64,000 bases of DNA from Marsupella aquatica. Taxonomy: Eukaryota; Plantae; Marchantiophyta. Under the pieces are notes generated by a model, which searched no databases, was not told where the DNA came from, and saw only the letters and a program-made list of their open reading frames with translations. Made by a program: the position numbers and the translations under genes. Of this stretch, positions 1-12,412 are shown one piece after another (position 1 is the first letter of the stretch; each line of letters begins with the position of its first letter). The DNA lies in contig OZ316896.1 in NCBI GenBank assembly GCA_973895155.1, positions 11,608,830-11,672,829 of the forward strand, in the 5' to 3' direction.

Positions 1-510
1 ATCTGCTTATTTGAGCGTATTGATTTTGATTGACACAAGTTTTCATTTTGAATCAAATGGGGTGTTTAGGTCCTTATCACTTTATCTAAGCTCAAAATCA
101 CTTTGACACGACTTAAGGTATTTTTGTAACAATCTAGCAAGATAAGACTTTGTTGTATGTACTAGGAAGCTGGAGAGTACTCAACTTAAGTGATGGTCCA
201 ATCTCTAGAAAGTGTCAGCAGATAAATGGTGAAATTCTTGAGGCCAGCGTCTTGGTGTTTGCTTTCTCTGCCCCTGCTGGTTTTCACTAAGATAGAGTTG
301 AATAATTTTAAGACACTGTTCCTTCACTTAAGAATAATTTTTTAAATGATCAATCATCCTGATACAAACTCTACTCTAACACATGTTCAGATTTGGAATC
401 AATGTGCATGTTGTTGTTGTTTCATCCAATAAGACTACCAATTAGTTATGTTTTAACCATAGGAACAGTGTTAAAATACCCTAATAGAGCATCTCAAAGC
501 TGACAATATA

Positions 511-1003
511 TTTGATGGACCTTAACTCCCTAGTTATGGGTTACATACACACAAAGTTATGGATTACAAAATTCCTAGTCCATAAACTTTTGTGATAAGA
601 ATTGGTTGTATGACATTACTGTCAGTCACTGTAAGCTAGCAAAAGAAAAAAAAGAAAAAATTTAGAATGTTGTGAAAAAGTCGTGACTGTTCCTTTACGG
701 CCCAATGTCATCATCCCTAATTTTGAAGCTTTGAGACATCCTTAGAGGGGGTCCCAAACTTTAAAATTTGATGGACCTTAACTTGGTACTTAAAAGATAG
801 GGACAGGAAAACCTTATGGACTACCAAATTCATGTTCCATTACTTTTTGCCATTAATATTGATGAATTGCCATGACCATAAGTCCCTGTAGATGCTAGTG
901 AAAAAACACAAAACAAGAAGCTGTTACACAACAGTTTGAATAAGCTATGGCCGTTTGTTTATGGGCAAAGTCATCATCCCCAACTGTGAAGCTATGAGAC
1001 GGC
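511..1003. repeat. Degenerate tandem repeat, two units of about 256 bp
   Basis: Shared anchors recur at about 256-263 bp spacing: tttgatggaccttaact at ~511 and ~767, ttatgga.tac.aaattc, and gtcatcatccc..tgaagct.tgagac at ~707 and ~970. Confidence 0.6.
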
Positions 1004-2734
1004 CTACTCAACTCAGGCAAAACTCCCAAAGTGCAGAAGACTGTCAGCTTTCGAGAGGTTTACTAATTGCCCCTCATGCTACAAGCCATAGATATCAAGT
1101 CAAGGATCATATATATCCTTCCATTGCATAAATACTTCAACTCTCCTTGACTTCACTTTTGCACAGAGTTCCAGCAATTTGTAGACTGTCTGATTTGAAC
1201 AGTTGGGTGGACCTTTAGCTCAAAACAACACTACAGTGGTGTGTCTTAAATACAAAAAACATCGACAGATGATGGTGTTTTGATTTGTTTATTTATTTTC
1301 TTACCAAAGTGTAATCCAACGGGGGCATAAATGTTATGATGAATAAAACAAATTCTAGAATGATGCACGTGTCACATGACGTTGTGGATCTGGGCAAAAC
1401 TTGAGCATGCCTTTTATAAGTATGAAATGATTCTCATGTGCCCCAATTTGACCAAGAAAGACAAGGTATTTCAAATTGTTGTTCTGCCAACTTGGGTGTG
1501 GGACAATCCTTGTTCACAGTCCACAGCCACATTAATTGGACCCTATTGCCATGAAGGATCTGTTCTTAGTCTTTGATTCTGCAATTAGCTATTTTTGGTA
1601 AAAATGAAAGGAGTATGATGCTGGTATCTAAGGTTCCTATTTTTCTGAGATTAGATCGAGACTGTTCAACGAGTGGAAATCACTGCAATTGGCTTTACAA
1701 AAATTGGGGCCCCCATTCGGGTATGGTGTCTACCAGTTCTGCCTGACAAGAAGTGAGCTTATGGAAATGCTTATGTGGAGAGCTTTGTTTGTCTAGAATT
1801 TTGACCACTTTCATAGGTGATCCAAACATTTCTTATCTTTGGCCCCTTCATCCCAGGGATTTGTATTTATTGAATTTTCCTTTCAAAAGATGTCTATTTT
1901 CAGAACATGAAGTGGCACTCCAGTCTGCTTTGGTAGAAGAGAAGTCACAAGACAGTGTCCTGAGGTCTTATATAGCCACCCAGTTAATAAGAAGACAGAA
2001 TTGTGCCAGACTGCTCTCACAAGGCTGCTAGTCAACTCGCATGTGGCCACTCTAAAGGATGCAGCCCTGAGCACTCCCAAAACCCTTTCATTGGCAAATA
2101 GCAGATCTAGATTTAGAACAGGATCTGCTCAAGTGCAACGTTTCCCTGCTTTTATTTTATTCTGAATTCAAAGGTCAGAACCGCGGTGCCAATGAGGCCC
2201 AGCCCAAAAGGGGATTCAGGCATGTAAATTGCGCTCTATCAAATGCTGCCAGGAATCAAGCTTATTAGGGCCACACTGTTCAGGACTGCGCACATGCGAG
2301 TTGGGCCTAAGGGCCGTCTTGCATGTGGGTAGCACTTGAGTTTCCGTCCCTCAACTGAACATAAGGCATTCCAACACTGATGTCCGAATCAGGCCTCAAA
2401 ACATCTGTGTATGCGCGTCTGTGGATATACTGTGCACCTGCTCCTGACTCATGTATCCTTCCTGCAAACTGTCCCAGCCCTGCATATGACTTCCACCACT
2501 TCGGAGCTGTCTGACTTTGAAGGACTCAAATTTGAGGGAGAGAGAGCTGGAAATTGAAGGCATCATTAGCTGTGAAGTTGGCAATAAGAGCACCGCTGAG
2601 AATGGACTACTTCGTTAGCTGCAAGTTTGGAAGAAGGAGCACAACTGCAATTCGGCAAAGAAAACCATGAAGATTGCAGTGTTTGAAATCATCTCCAATC
2701 AAATAGCAGTCAAAGATTATTTAAGACAAGAATG

Positions 2735-3212
2735 TTGATTCCAATGCTGCTATCATATACAAAGCATTGCATGTTAGGTATTTATCTTGGCCTTGAGTTC
2801 ATTTGAAGATCAAACCTAATATTTATTGAGATTTGTTGACAGTGACACTAAATTTGAGTGTATGGAGAGATCTTGCTGGGGTAGTTCAAGATTGTTGGCC
2901 TTGGTGATAAATTCCATAGAGTGGACAGCCTCTAATCACCTAGGCAATGCTGGATCCTCCTTGTCAAACCAACCTTGATTCCAATGCTGCTATCATATAC
3001 AAAGCATTGCATCTTAGGTATTTATTTTGGTCTGGAGTTCATTTGAAGATCAAATCTAATATTTAGTGAGATTTGTTGACAGTGACATTAAATTTGTGTG
3101 TATGGAGAGATCTTGCTGGGGTAGTTCAAGATTGTTGGCCTTGCTGATAAATTCACTAGAGTAGACAGCCTCAAATCATCTAGTCAATGCTTCCTTGTGA
3201 AACCAACCTTGA
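2735..3212. repeat. Tandem duplication, 240-bp unit x2
   Basis: ttgattccaatgctgctatcatatacaaagcattgcat starts at 2735 and again at 2975. The copies stay colinear to aaccaaccttga with scattered substitutions and one small indel. Confidence 0.92.
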
Positions 3213-3479
3213 GCTAAATCCTGCCTTGAAATCTCTGTCCTTCTCCACTACAACTGCATTGGACGCTAAGCTCTGAAGTTATCCAGGATGCCACGACCCC
3301 TCAGAAAATTTGAACATGTCCTCCAAACTAGTCCCTCCAGGCTCCCAAATGCGCGCCCTGTCCATCGATTGTAGACCATGTGCAGCAGATGAATAATGAC
3401 AAGTTGCTGTTGGATGACACATGTGTGCTAAAGGCACCCTGTGCTGCAGCAACCCCAACCTGTGCACTTCACCCTTGGG

Positions 3480-3720
3480 GGTCTCACTATATGGGGACCT
3501 CCCCATGACCTGCGACGTTTTTAGGTCTCGGACACCCTAAAATGTAAATTTAAAAACAAAAACCTCTATAAAGTTGAAATATTCCAAAAAATTGCATTAA
3601 AAAGACCCTAATGTTCTTATAAGTCTCAAAATTGAATTTAAAAGACCCTATTGTTCTTCTACAAAAATTTTAAATGTTCCCTTAGAACCAATAAAACAAT
3701 CATATCCTTCGTTGCACGTG
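3480..3720 (+). repeat. AT-rich dispersed repeat family; other copies at ~34280-34560, ~35300-35540 and ~37490-37800
   Basis: Each copy has a gggga..cc(c)at head followed by aaaa(g/t/c)accc(c)taat(g/t)ttcttc-type subrepeats. The 34420-34500 and 37650-37745 segments align directly. Confidence 0.5.
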
Positions 3721-4238
3721 ATATGTCATTTTTGTGGAAGTGAAACCCTCGAAAATTCACCTTAATCACTTCCACTAGAAGTCCCAACGGTTACCTGCTT
3801 GTCGGCTTTGCTATCCTGCCATTGTTGCTGCCAAAGCAAGCCTCTCCCTCTCCAACAACCAAGATGTGGGCACATACACCACTCACTCCCTATATGACCT
3901 CTAGCTTGGGCTTGCTTGTTGATGATCAATTATCCCCCACAGCGCATTGAGCAAGTCACTTCATTTCAAAGTCAATGTTACTAAACATCATGCAAGCAAG
4001 TTGCAACCTACACAGACAAACACATGGAGCTTTGAAGCATCTCAGGGCCGTATTGCACTTCGAAGGTCCTGAAAAAATTGGCCCTCATCAAGTCCTCTTA
4101 CATTGCCAGTAAAAAGTGCATCGCAAATCTTCACATAATCAGCTAAGGAAAGACTACTTCATTTGTTTTATTAAAAATTTAAAAGGTCAGGAGGTGAAGG
4201 GCAGGAAATTTTCTGGTTCCTGCCCTTGAATATGCTAA

Positions 4239-4573
4239 GGGCTGTCTTGCATGTGCAAGAGTCCTCAAAAAAGTGGCCCTTACCAGCCCACAAATGTCGG
4301 AAAAAGTGCAAACCAAATCTACCAGGAGTGGGGAGCAGATACACGGGAAAAACGTCCAGAAGTCTGGGTCGAAGACGACGTGTTATGTCTACCATTTTGT
4401 TTTATTATGATTTGAAGGTTGGGGACCTCAAGGGCCGGAAATTTTCCGGCCCTTGCCCTTGCAACTCCACCAAAGATGGCGTCAAGACTGCCGAACTGTC
4501 GCTTGATTAAAAAAAGGCCACGGGTTCATTTCAGGGCCGGAAACCAAAAGACCTTGTACATGCAAGACGGCCC
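4239..4573. mobile_element. PIF/Harbinger (Tourist-like) MITE
   Basis: TIRs GGGCTGTCTTGCATGTGCAAG ... CTTGTACATGCAAGACGGCCC, with TAA on both sides (4236-4238 and 4574-4576). Further TIR relics lie at ~2311 and ~4045. Confidence 0.8.
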
Positions 4574-4890
4574 TAAACCATCAGGCCTGCCTCATGAGGG
4601 GGTTGAGGCATGAATGTCTTGCTCACTCATAGAGTGCCATTAGTTAATTGAAGGGCCTATTTTGGGGGACCTTCACATGCAGACTGCCCTCTCCATTGCA
4701 ATGTTGTGTTAGAAGCGCAGCAAAGCCAGGGAAAGACCCAACTCAAAGATGGATTGTTCACTCCTCCATTGCTTCCTTCCTTGAAACAAAAGTTAGACTT
4801 TTGGTTTGCTGAAAAGGATCCTATCACATTTTTTTATCACCAGCCACACATTGAGTGTCAAACATGATGTTGTTGGTGTCAATTTAATTT

Positions 4891-5190
4891 TACTTTTGCC
4901 TTGAAAACCGAAAGCAGGCCCATCCAACAAAGGATAGACATCCTGCTTTGGAGCATGCATTTCCATGTAGGGTAGCCACAAGGGGACAATACCCAGGGAT
5001 CCGACAGGGACCCAGACTAGGACGGAGAGAGGATTAAACCAGAACCCAAAGTGGGCAACCAGGGCTGAGGAGATAATCAATACTCCCACCACTACACCCC
5101 ACCCACACACACACACATATACCCTCCACACCCCTTATGTGTGGAGGGAAGATTGAACCTGGAACTCTCGGTTCTAGGTTCATCCTCTCG
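4891..5190 (-). mobile_element. tRNA-derived SINE, 5'-truncated copy
   Basis: Colinear with 9520-9926. It has a B-box-like GGTTCAATC, a (GT)n core and the same 3' body, but no A-box. Confidence 0.8.
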
Positions 5191-5569
5191 CTTTGATTCT
5201 TGCTTCAATGATTCTATAGAAATTTATCAAACATAACATTGTTGGTGTCAATCTAATTGTTGCTTTGATTATATAGATATTTAACCTAGATAAATTTCTT
5301 TTAATGTTGTGTTACACTCTTAGTACCCAATTTTCCCTTAAGCAAACGATCAGTCTTTGGGTTTCAGAAAGTTGATAGGTTCATCCAAGTTGGATGGTTA
5401 AACATTGTGATCCATCCAAGCAAAACAGAGGACTTGTTAATTTAACTGCTCAGCTGCACGTTGTACGAGTCTACAGGGATTGTGCTGGCGAGTTTATCAC
5501 TTGTCGATTGATAATAGTTAATAATTAGATCCGGATACCGGATACGTGACTTCCCTCCCCGCTTCTGAT

Positions 5570-6700
5570 AATCCTATGCACGCCTTAAACTAAGCCTTTG
5601 TACTTTATTATTCGATAAGCCTTTGTTATTGAAGAAAAAGTATCCACTTGGAAGAAACAAAACGACAAAACAAAGCGTACGCACGCGCAGTGAATTCAAC
5701 GACACGCATTGGTGCGCCCCGGTCCGGGCCGGACCTGCTTTGCCTCGCGCTTTTCGCTGAGCCGCAGGCCTGCTTCGGAGGCCACGGTGGCCCCGAGCGA
5801 ACTGACTGACCGACGAATCACTACTCTGACGAGGTGACCATCCAACCCGGGAACCGCGCCGATTCCTAAATCCGGGACTGTCAGTTGTTCCTAACTCGGG
5901 AAGTCCGTGTTCGCGATAGGCTGCAGGACGGTGCCAATCGTCATGGAGTAACACGTGCATACTTTCCACGCGGCAGCACACGGCGGATGCGGCACGCCAT
6001 GACCGGCGAGGAGAACCACAGAACCGATGAGGCGCTCGACCTGAGCCACACAGAAGTCGGCCCTTCTTACTGGCCCGTCCTTCCTGGAGCCCAGTTGTGA
6101 CCCACCAGCTCCAGAAAAGCAATACCACCACCATCACTACCCAGCCGCAGGCCGTCAATCAGAATCTCTCTCCTGAGGGCTCGCTTTGCCCGATTGCGTT
6201 TCCCGATCCTCTCAATCCACGCCCCTCTCGGGGCCTTTCTGTCCCTCCGATCCAAATCCACCCGGCCGTCCAGTTCCTCTCGATCTCCGCCGTCGGTAGG
6301 GTCTCTGGGATCGGGATCAAACGGGTCTCTCGCACTCAACGGAAGCATGCCCCCTTCGGCGCCGAACTTGAGTCGGGTCTACTACTTTTGGCTCGCCGTT
6401 CTTCCCTTAACGGGCTTTGCGCTGGTTTCGAATTACACGGACGGAAATTTCGGGGCGTTGTGGCCCGACACGCGGAGGACGTGGTTAAGGTCATCCACTC
6501 ATCTCTCCACGGCGACACACAACTGGGGAAAGTGCAGACCGGATCAGGGCTCTAAACCGGTCTTCGTCTGTCTGCGATCACTTCAAACAGGTAGAGGAGA
6601 CTGCTCGATCAGTACCGAATGCTGTACCTGTAGTCTACTGTACTTCCGCTGTCCCAGGACAACGTACAGTACGTTGCGCGGAAGCCGAATGGAGTAAACT
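5570..6700 (-). promoter_or_regulatory. GC-rich promoter/5'-leader-like island of a probable minus-strand gene continuing leftwards
   Basis: CpG-rich, GA-rich tract resembling the 5' ends of the other genes in this window. A candidate downstream exon lies at ~2438-2620 (ttgcag acceptor, MQGWDSLQEGYMSQEQ, CAG|GTGCAC donor). The product cannot be identified. Confidence 0.4.
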
Positions 6701-7734
6701 TGTTACCGTGCCTTGTAACCCGTCCTAAAATCTGATTGGGAAAGACCGTTGCCCCGTCATTGGACGGTGGGCAGTCATGACTCATGACTGTGTTACGTTA
6801 GGACCGGTAGTAATAATAATAGGACGCAAGTCTAGGACGACGCCGCGTCGTGCCAAAGAGATCATTCCCTTAAGAAATCCAGAACGAGCAGAAGGAGGCA
6901 TTTTGAGGTATGCATGCAATCTTTACAGATTATTGTAGGCTCTGTCACTGGGGATCTAAATCCGATTCTAAGGAACTTTGACTCAGCTCAGCTTATCCAC
7001 TGTCAATCATTAATTGGGCATCAGATCTACGGTCTCGTTGGTGACTACACAGTGGACGAGGGACTCGAGCGTAGATCTGCAGCGCGTCCATTGCAGGTTG
7101 GGGAATCCTTGTGGTGAAATTAAGTTTTGTAGTATTGTATCTCCTTGAGTAAACAGCCTCTCTCTATTGGGCTATTGTTCTCCTTGCAGTACAGTGAAAG
7201 TTCCTTGGTCTTTAATCTATTATTGTTGGAAAAGTTCCTCCCAAGCCAAAGAATAGTAAAGCAGATCGTTTACGACAATGGATGAAATGAACTTTGTGAT
7301 TTTTGAATTATTTTTTGACCCTGTGAGTTACAGGTGGCTCAAGACAAATAAATTTTGTAGTTATGATTTACTACCTTGGTAAATGGAAACTAAAGGAGAG
7401 GCTTGCCCCCTCGGCCCCCTCTGGAGTACATGCACGTCATACTTGCACACTTAGTTATGACAGATGTGAATCATTAGCTTGTCACACTATAATATCCACT
7501 AGATCTGAGTATTAGCTCTTTACACTATTGCTCTGGTAGATCTTCATTTCATGTTTTCTATCTTTCTAGTGTAGGTTTGTGGGGTTTGCATCTACCCCCT
7601 TTTTTGAGTTTGTCCTCTCTGGACCTCCTTTGCTGTTAGTTCATTGTACTTTGTTTGGTTTTTTGTTAAATTGTTACTGACAAGATAACTGAAATATAGT
7701 ATTAAGAGAAAAGAAATATACACACTTTTTATAT

Positions 7735-9168
7735 ACAAAGGGACCAAACAGAGTACAAATGAACAAACAAAAGAGGGCCCAAGTGGACAAAACCAATCGA
7801 AAAAGAAGTGAGCAAAAGGGAACCACTAAACACCAAGAAAGAGGAACTAAAAGTAAGAAATGAACAATAGGGAACCCCTAAAAACCAAGAAAGAGAGAGA
7901 GACTAAAACTAACCCAAGCGGACCGAGGTCCTCATCATTCCTACCGATTGTGGCAAAAAGCTAATGGTCCACATCAAGAGTCAAAACTAGATCGGCAAGT
8001 GGGATTGGAACATCCTCAAGGGGAGCTAGCCGCTGCGGAGGCACACTAGCACCCACTGTAAGAGAGCGACGATAGATGGCCCGAGCTTGAGCACGCTGTA
8101 AGGTGACTGAAATGCGTTGGCGAAAGTGCGTGGTCAAAATAGAAAGCGGGGGTCCGGTGGGACCCATTCGGCCATGAACATCCCGGGCAGCTTGCCGAAG
8201 AAGCCCATCAAACTGAGGATGAAGACGCCCAAATAGCTCCACAGCAAGGGGGAGGAAGCTGTCGGATGAAGCTCGTGCAGCATATTTGGCCTCCTTCGTT
8301 GTTGCCGCACGTGACGCTGCTGCCCCTGCCGTAGTTGCCGCTGTCCCAATGATGTCTTGGCGCAATGGGTTTGCCACCACAACATCTGCCAAAGTACGTT
8401 GACCCTCACGGACCATGGTAAGATCCACCCGTAACCGCTGTGATGGAGGACCAGGTAACTCGAGTACCACCTCCCGCCGCACGCATACCAAAGAGCCAGA
8501 GAGAACCTAAGCAGTCGCATCTCGCACAGCGTCGTGAACAATAATGGTTTCACCTCCCAAACTGCACCGAAGAAGATGGACACCTGTGGCATCACAAGGC
8601 TTCCCACAAGTGCAAGAAGGAGGTAAACCTGCAAGAAGTGGGTGGGGCAGCCCCAGACGAAGACGCATGGCTGTGGAGAACTCCGTTGAAGACATCCGCA
8701 AATGAGGAATGACTGGATTGGCCTGAAGCCATCCACTTGCGCCCTTCCCTCCGGAAGAAAGAATCCGAGCTCGGTCCGTGTCAGGTGCCTCAGAGAGGAT
8801 GCTGGAAAGGGTGAAAGTGTGCATACGCCCAGCGAGGTCTGCCTGAAGACGAACGGGATCCAAGGATAAAAACTCCTGGAAAGAAGGTAACGCGGCGCGA
8901 ACGGGATCTAGTAATGAGGACCGCGCTGCGCGCAAATGAACCTGAAACGGGAGGGAACCCTCCTCTACCTCCATGAGAGATGAAAGTAAAAAAGGGCGAT
9001 CCTCAATAAGAAAACGATCGGCCAACAACGAGAAGGCGGCCGCCCATGCACCCAAAAAGGCCAAAGGTGCAAGGCTCTCAATGGAAGTAAGCCCAAAACC
9101 ACCCTGCGAAATAGGAAGACTGAGTTGTCGATGAAGCCACGGAGATGAGAGCAACGTACCCGGACCTG
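7735..9168 (-). mobile_element. 5'-truncated non-LTR retrotransposon with C-terminal zinc knuckle and restriction-like endonuclease (CRE-like)
   Basis: ORFs 8507-9154 and 7961-8491 are one frame split by a single TAG. Motifs in order: SLPISQGGFGL (RT thumb), GASGWL, MRLRLGL, CTCGKPCDATGVHLLRC, HDAVRD, RVDLTM..LADVVV, KEAKY, FLPLAVELFG, RISVTLQRAQA. A T-rich 3' UTR follows. Confidence 0.88.
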
Positions 9169-9519
9169 GTCAACTTTTGCCGAAAGAGACCAATGATGTT
9201 CTTTTCCTACGAAACAAGGCCTTCACTTGTTCAATCAAGTTCCAATTGCAATGAAGACTGCAACCCTACTCGGATGAATAAGTTGAAAGTAAAAAAACAA
9301 TTGACAGTGAAGAGAGTCGGACGACCCTATGGTTTCCTTTTAAAAAAGTGCACAATCTGTGTGATAACTTTTTAATGACAGTGAAAACTACCTTCAAAAA
9401 TCCAAAAAGTGCATGCCTACATTTGTTTTCAAGATAAAGGTTTTCCCTATTAAATATAATCTTTAACAGGGAATGACTTTAATCAATAAAGTGATGTCAC
9501 GGCTAATTACCATAGTCTC

Positions 9520-9926
9520 CCTTCTTCTTTTGTGCCTTGCAAGCCAAAAGTAGACCCATCCAACAAAGGATATACATTATACTTTGGAGTATACACCATT
9601 CTTTTTTGCTTTGCAAGCCAGAAGTAAACACATCCAACATGATAAACATTCTTACTTTGGAGTATGCACCACAGTAGAGTAGCCCTCAAACGGGGACAAT
9701 ACCCAGAGATACAAGAGAGACCGGACCAAGAGGGAGAGATGGTTGAACCAGGGCCCCAAAACAGGCTAGCCAGGGGCTGAGGAGAAACCAAGACTCTCGC
9801 AACTACACCCCACCCACACATACACACACACACCCTCCACACCCCTTGCGTGTGAATGGGGGATTGAACCTGGGACCTCTCGGTTCTAGGCTCGTCCCCT
9901 AGCCAACGGACCAAAGCTATCTGGTT
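9520..9926 (-). mobile_element. Full-length tRNA-derived SINE with 14-bp TSD
   Basis: Minus-strand head has an A-box-like TGGTCCGTTGG and a B-box GGTTCAATCCC, then a (GT)n tract and an internally duplicated 3' segment. ATTACCATAGTCTC is repeated at 9506-9519 and 9927-9940. Confidence 0.9.
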
Positions 9927-11344
9927 ATTACCATAGTCTCTCTGGGCTTCATGTTGGTGACAAACCTCATGCCTCTATGGGGCTTTACTAGAAGTAGGAC
10001 ACAAGTTTTCTATGGCTCCCATGCAATTGTATTTATTCAAAGCTACTAAAATGCCAGATATCACTTTGCATGAACTTGGGAGCATAGTCTCGCAAAACCT
10101 TTACTTCTTGTAGTCACCTTACTTCCCTTAGTCACCTGCAAGTCACCCCTTGTGGGTCCCTGGTTTTGCTGATGAGGCAATATTTCTTTACTAAAAACGT
10201 TTAGATGAAGTGTAAAGGCGATGTTCTTTTCAGGATCTTGCATTTATTTTCTCCAGATTTGACAAATTTTGGTTCAAGCATTGTAACTTTAGTGTATGCA
10301 GTCGACCTCAGGATTTGCACTCAGTGAACCCTGACAATCTGTGTGTGCTCAGAGTTGAACATTTGGCCCTTAATTGGCTATTGGAGAATTTGGGGAGGAA
10401 GGAAGGAGCTTGAGCAGCATGATTTACATGTTTGTTCACCCTGTGGGAAAGGGAGGATGCTAGAAACAATTTTTATCTAATTTTACTAGATTAATTTTTG
10501 ACTCTGCAATCTCCAGCTGAGCTTGATTCACTGAGGCTCACATTACGCAGACCGCTTGAAAGCAAGGCTGCTGGGGGCAGTCCCAGTTCTTGCAGCGCAC
10601 ATCATGGTGATCATACAGCAGTATAACATTTACTATGATGAGCAGTAACGTTCGTTGAAATTTGCGCAAGGATTCTAAAACAATTTTTCCGGAATTCAGT
10701 GCACATGTGATGTGATTTCTCACAAATTCACTGGAGAGCTTTCATACCGAAATTCACAACATTTCACAAATCTCAGGGATTTCGGGATCGTCATTTCTGA
10801 AAAATCTCACTAATCTCGGCTCCTATTCAATTATGTAGCACAATCAGACAAAGTCGAGGTAGGTTTATGCTGTGCCAATTGGAACCAAGAACAAGAGAGG
10901 TGGGGGGGTCAGAATAATCAAGGCCGTGCCAAGTTCCCACGGTCTAGTTGGAGTAGCGGGTAATCCCGTGCAGCACGAACGACGGGGCGCCACTTGGCCA
11001 CCCAGCGCGCCCTCCGGTCGTTTGTCAAAGAGAATTAGAGAAAGGAAAGGATTACAAGTGGGTTACCTAATTTGGAAGGCTTCACTTTGTAATTACTGTC
11101 CCGAATCTACTCAACATGCCTCGGATCGCCGTCATCACCGTGACTCGCGGGTTGTCGCCGTTCGGGGACGGTGGTCAGCGCCATCCGTCCTTCTACTACT
11201 GTACTGATACTCTCCGCACTGGTACGGTTTCGCACGGTTGGATGTAAAGCCCATACGGTCGCGAGTGACGGACGCTACCGTCAACGAACGGAGAAGAGAG
11301 AGAGACGGCTCGCTGGTTGTCTCTGGAGCACAGAGAGGAGAGGT

Positions 11345-11590
11345 GCTGAAGTGAAGTGAAGTGAAGTGAAGCGAAGCGAAGTGAAGGGCTGAGGAGGGCT
11401 CTCAGCACTCTGGCATGGAAGTCAAAGGAAGCCATCCAGTCACTACCGTCGTCTAGCAAGCACCTGCAACAGGGGCCAGTAGTTTTTTGTTCTCGCGCAG
11501 ACGCGCGGCGTGAGGTGGGCTGTGGTGGTGAAGTGGAGTGGAGTGGAGTGGAGTGATGAGGAGAGGAGAGGGAGAGGAGAGGGAGAGGAT
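11345..11590 (+). repeat. Purine-rich microsatellites (GAAGT)n, (GGAGT)n, (GGAGA)n in a 5' leader
   Basis: Visible directly at 11347-11385, 11529-11555 and 11558-11590. Confidence 0.85.
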
Positions 11591-12412
11591 CGAGATGCAA
11601 GTGAGGCAAGCAAAGCAGTGGTCGGGTTGGACGAGCCGCTGTTGTGTAGTAGTACTACTGGAGACGGTGGGAGGGTCGACGACAGGCGGAGGAGGAGAGT
11701 GGTGCTGCGTTGGACAATCGAGCAGAGCACAACAGGGAGCTGGCGGTATGGTATGACGAGGAAACGAGGCTCGATTTGTTGATTCTGGTGATTGGAGCTC
11801 TCACGGCGAATAGGGGAAATCGAGCAGGGACGGGAGGCACGGATCTGGAGGAGTTTCTGCCCACCTGGTTGGTGATTTCGGGTCTGCCTATTTGGTTGGT
11901 CTAGCGTGTGCCTGCCCATGTGGTCGGGAGGATTTGATATTATGAGGGACTATGGATTGAGGAACAGCGGCGGGAGTAGCAGCTGCTGGTGTATGGGTTT
12001 TGGCGAATCAGGGATTGATCGGGAAGGCATGGATTTGGAAGCATGTAAATGGAGGGTTGGGTGTGCGCTGATAGTTCGGTTGGATCAGGATCACATTTTC
12101 TCGATGGCGAGCAGGGATTGATGGATGAGAAGGTTGGAGGCGCTGTCTAATGCAGGCTAGCAGTTGGGACGGAAGGGAAGCTGTTCATCGGAGGAAGGGA
12201 CTAGGGATATTGGGTTTTGGATCGATCGGCTGGTTGATTGGTGAAGTCTCAGAGATAGGAAGGATTGAGAGTGTGGGGAGAGCCTCACAAAGAAAAAGTT
12301 GTGGTATTGTGAGTCGGGCTAGCTGGCGAATTTTAATCCCTTCAGACCTGTGCATAGCCCGTCGCCATCGTTGGGTCGTGAGGCTGGCGACGAGAGATGG
12401 GCTAGACATAAT

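Noticed and set aside
5574-6697. Several overlapping 150-190 aa ORFs on both strands
   Set aside because: No recognisable motifs. Long ORFs are expected by chance in GC-rich promoter or UTR sequence.
11291-11312. agaagagagagagac resembles the start of miR529
   Set aside because: The 3' half does not match, no complementary arm is nearby, and a simple GA repeat explains it.
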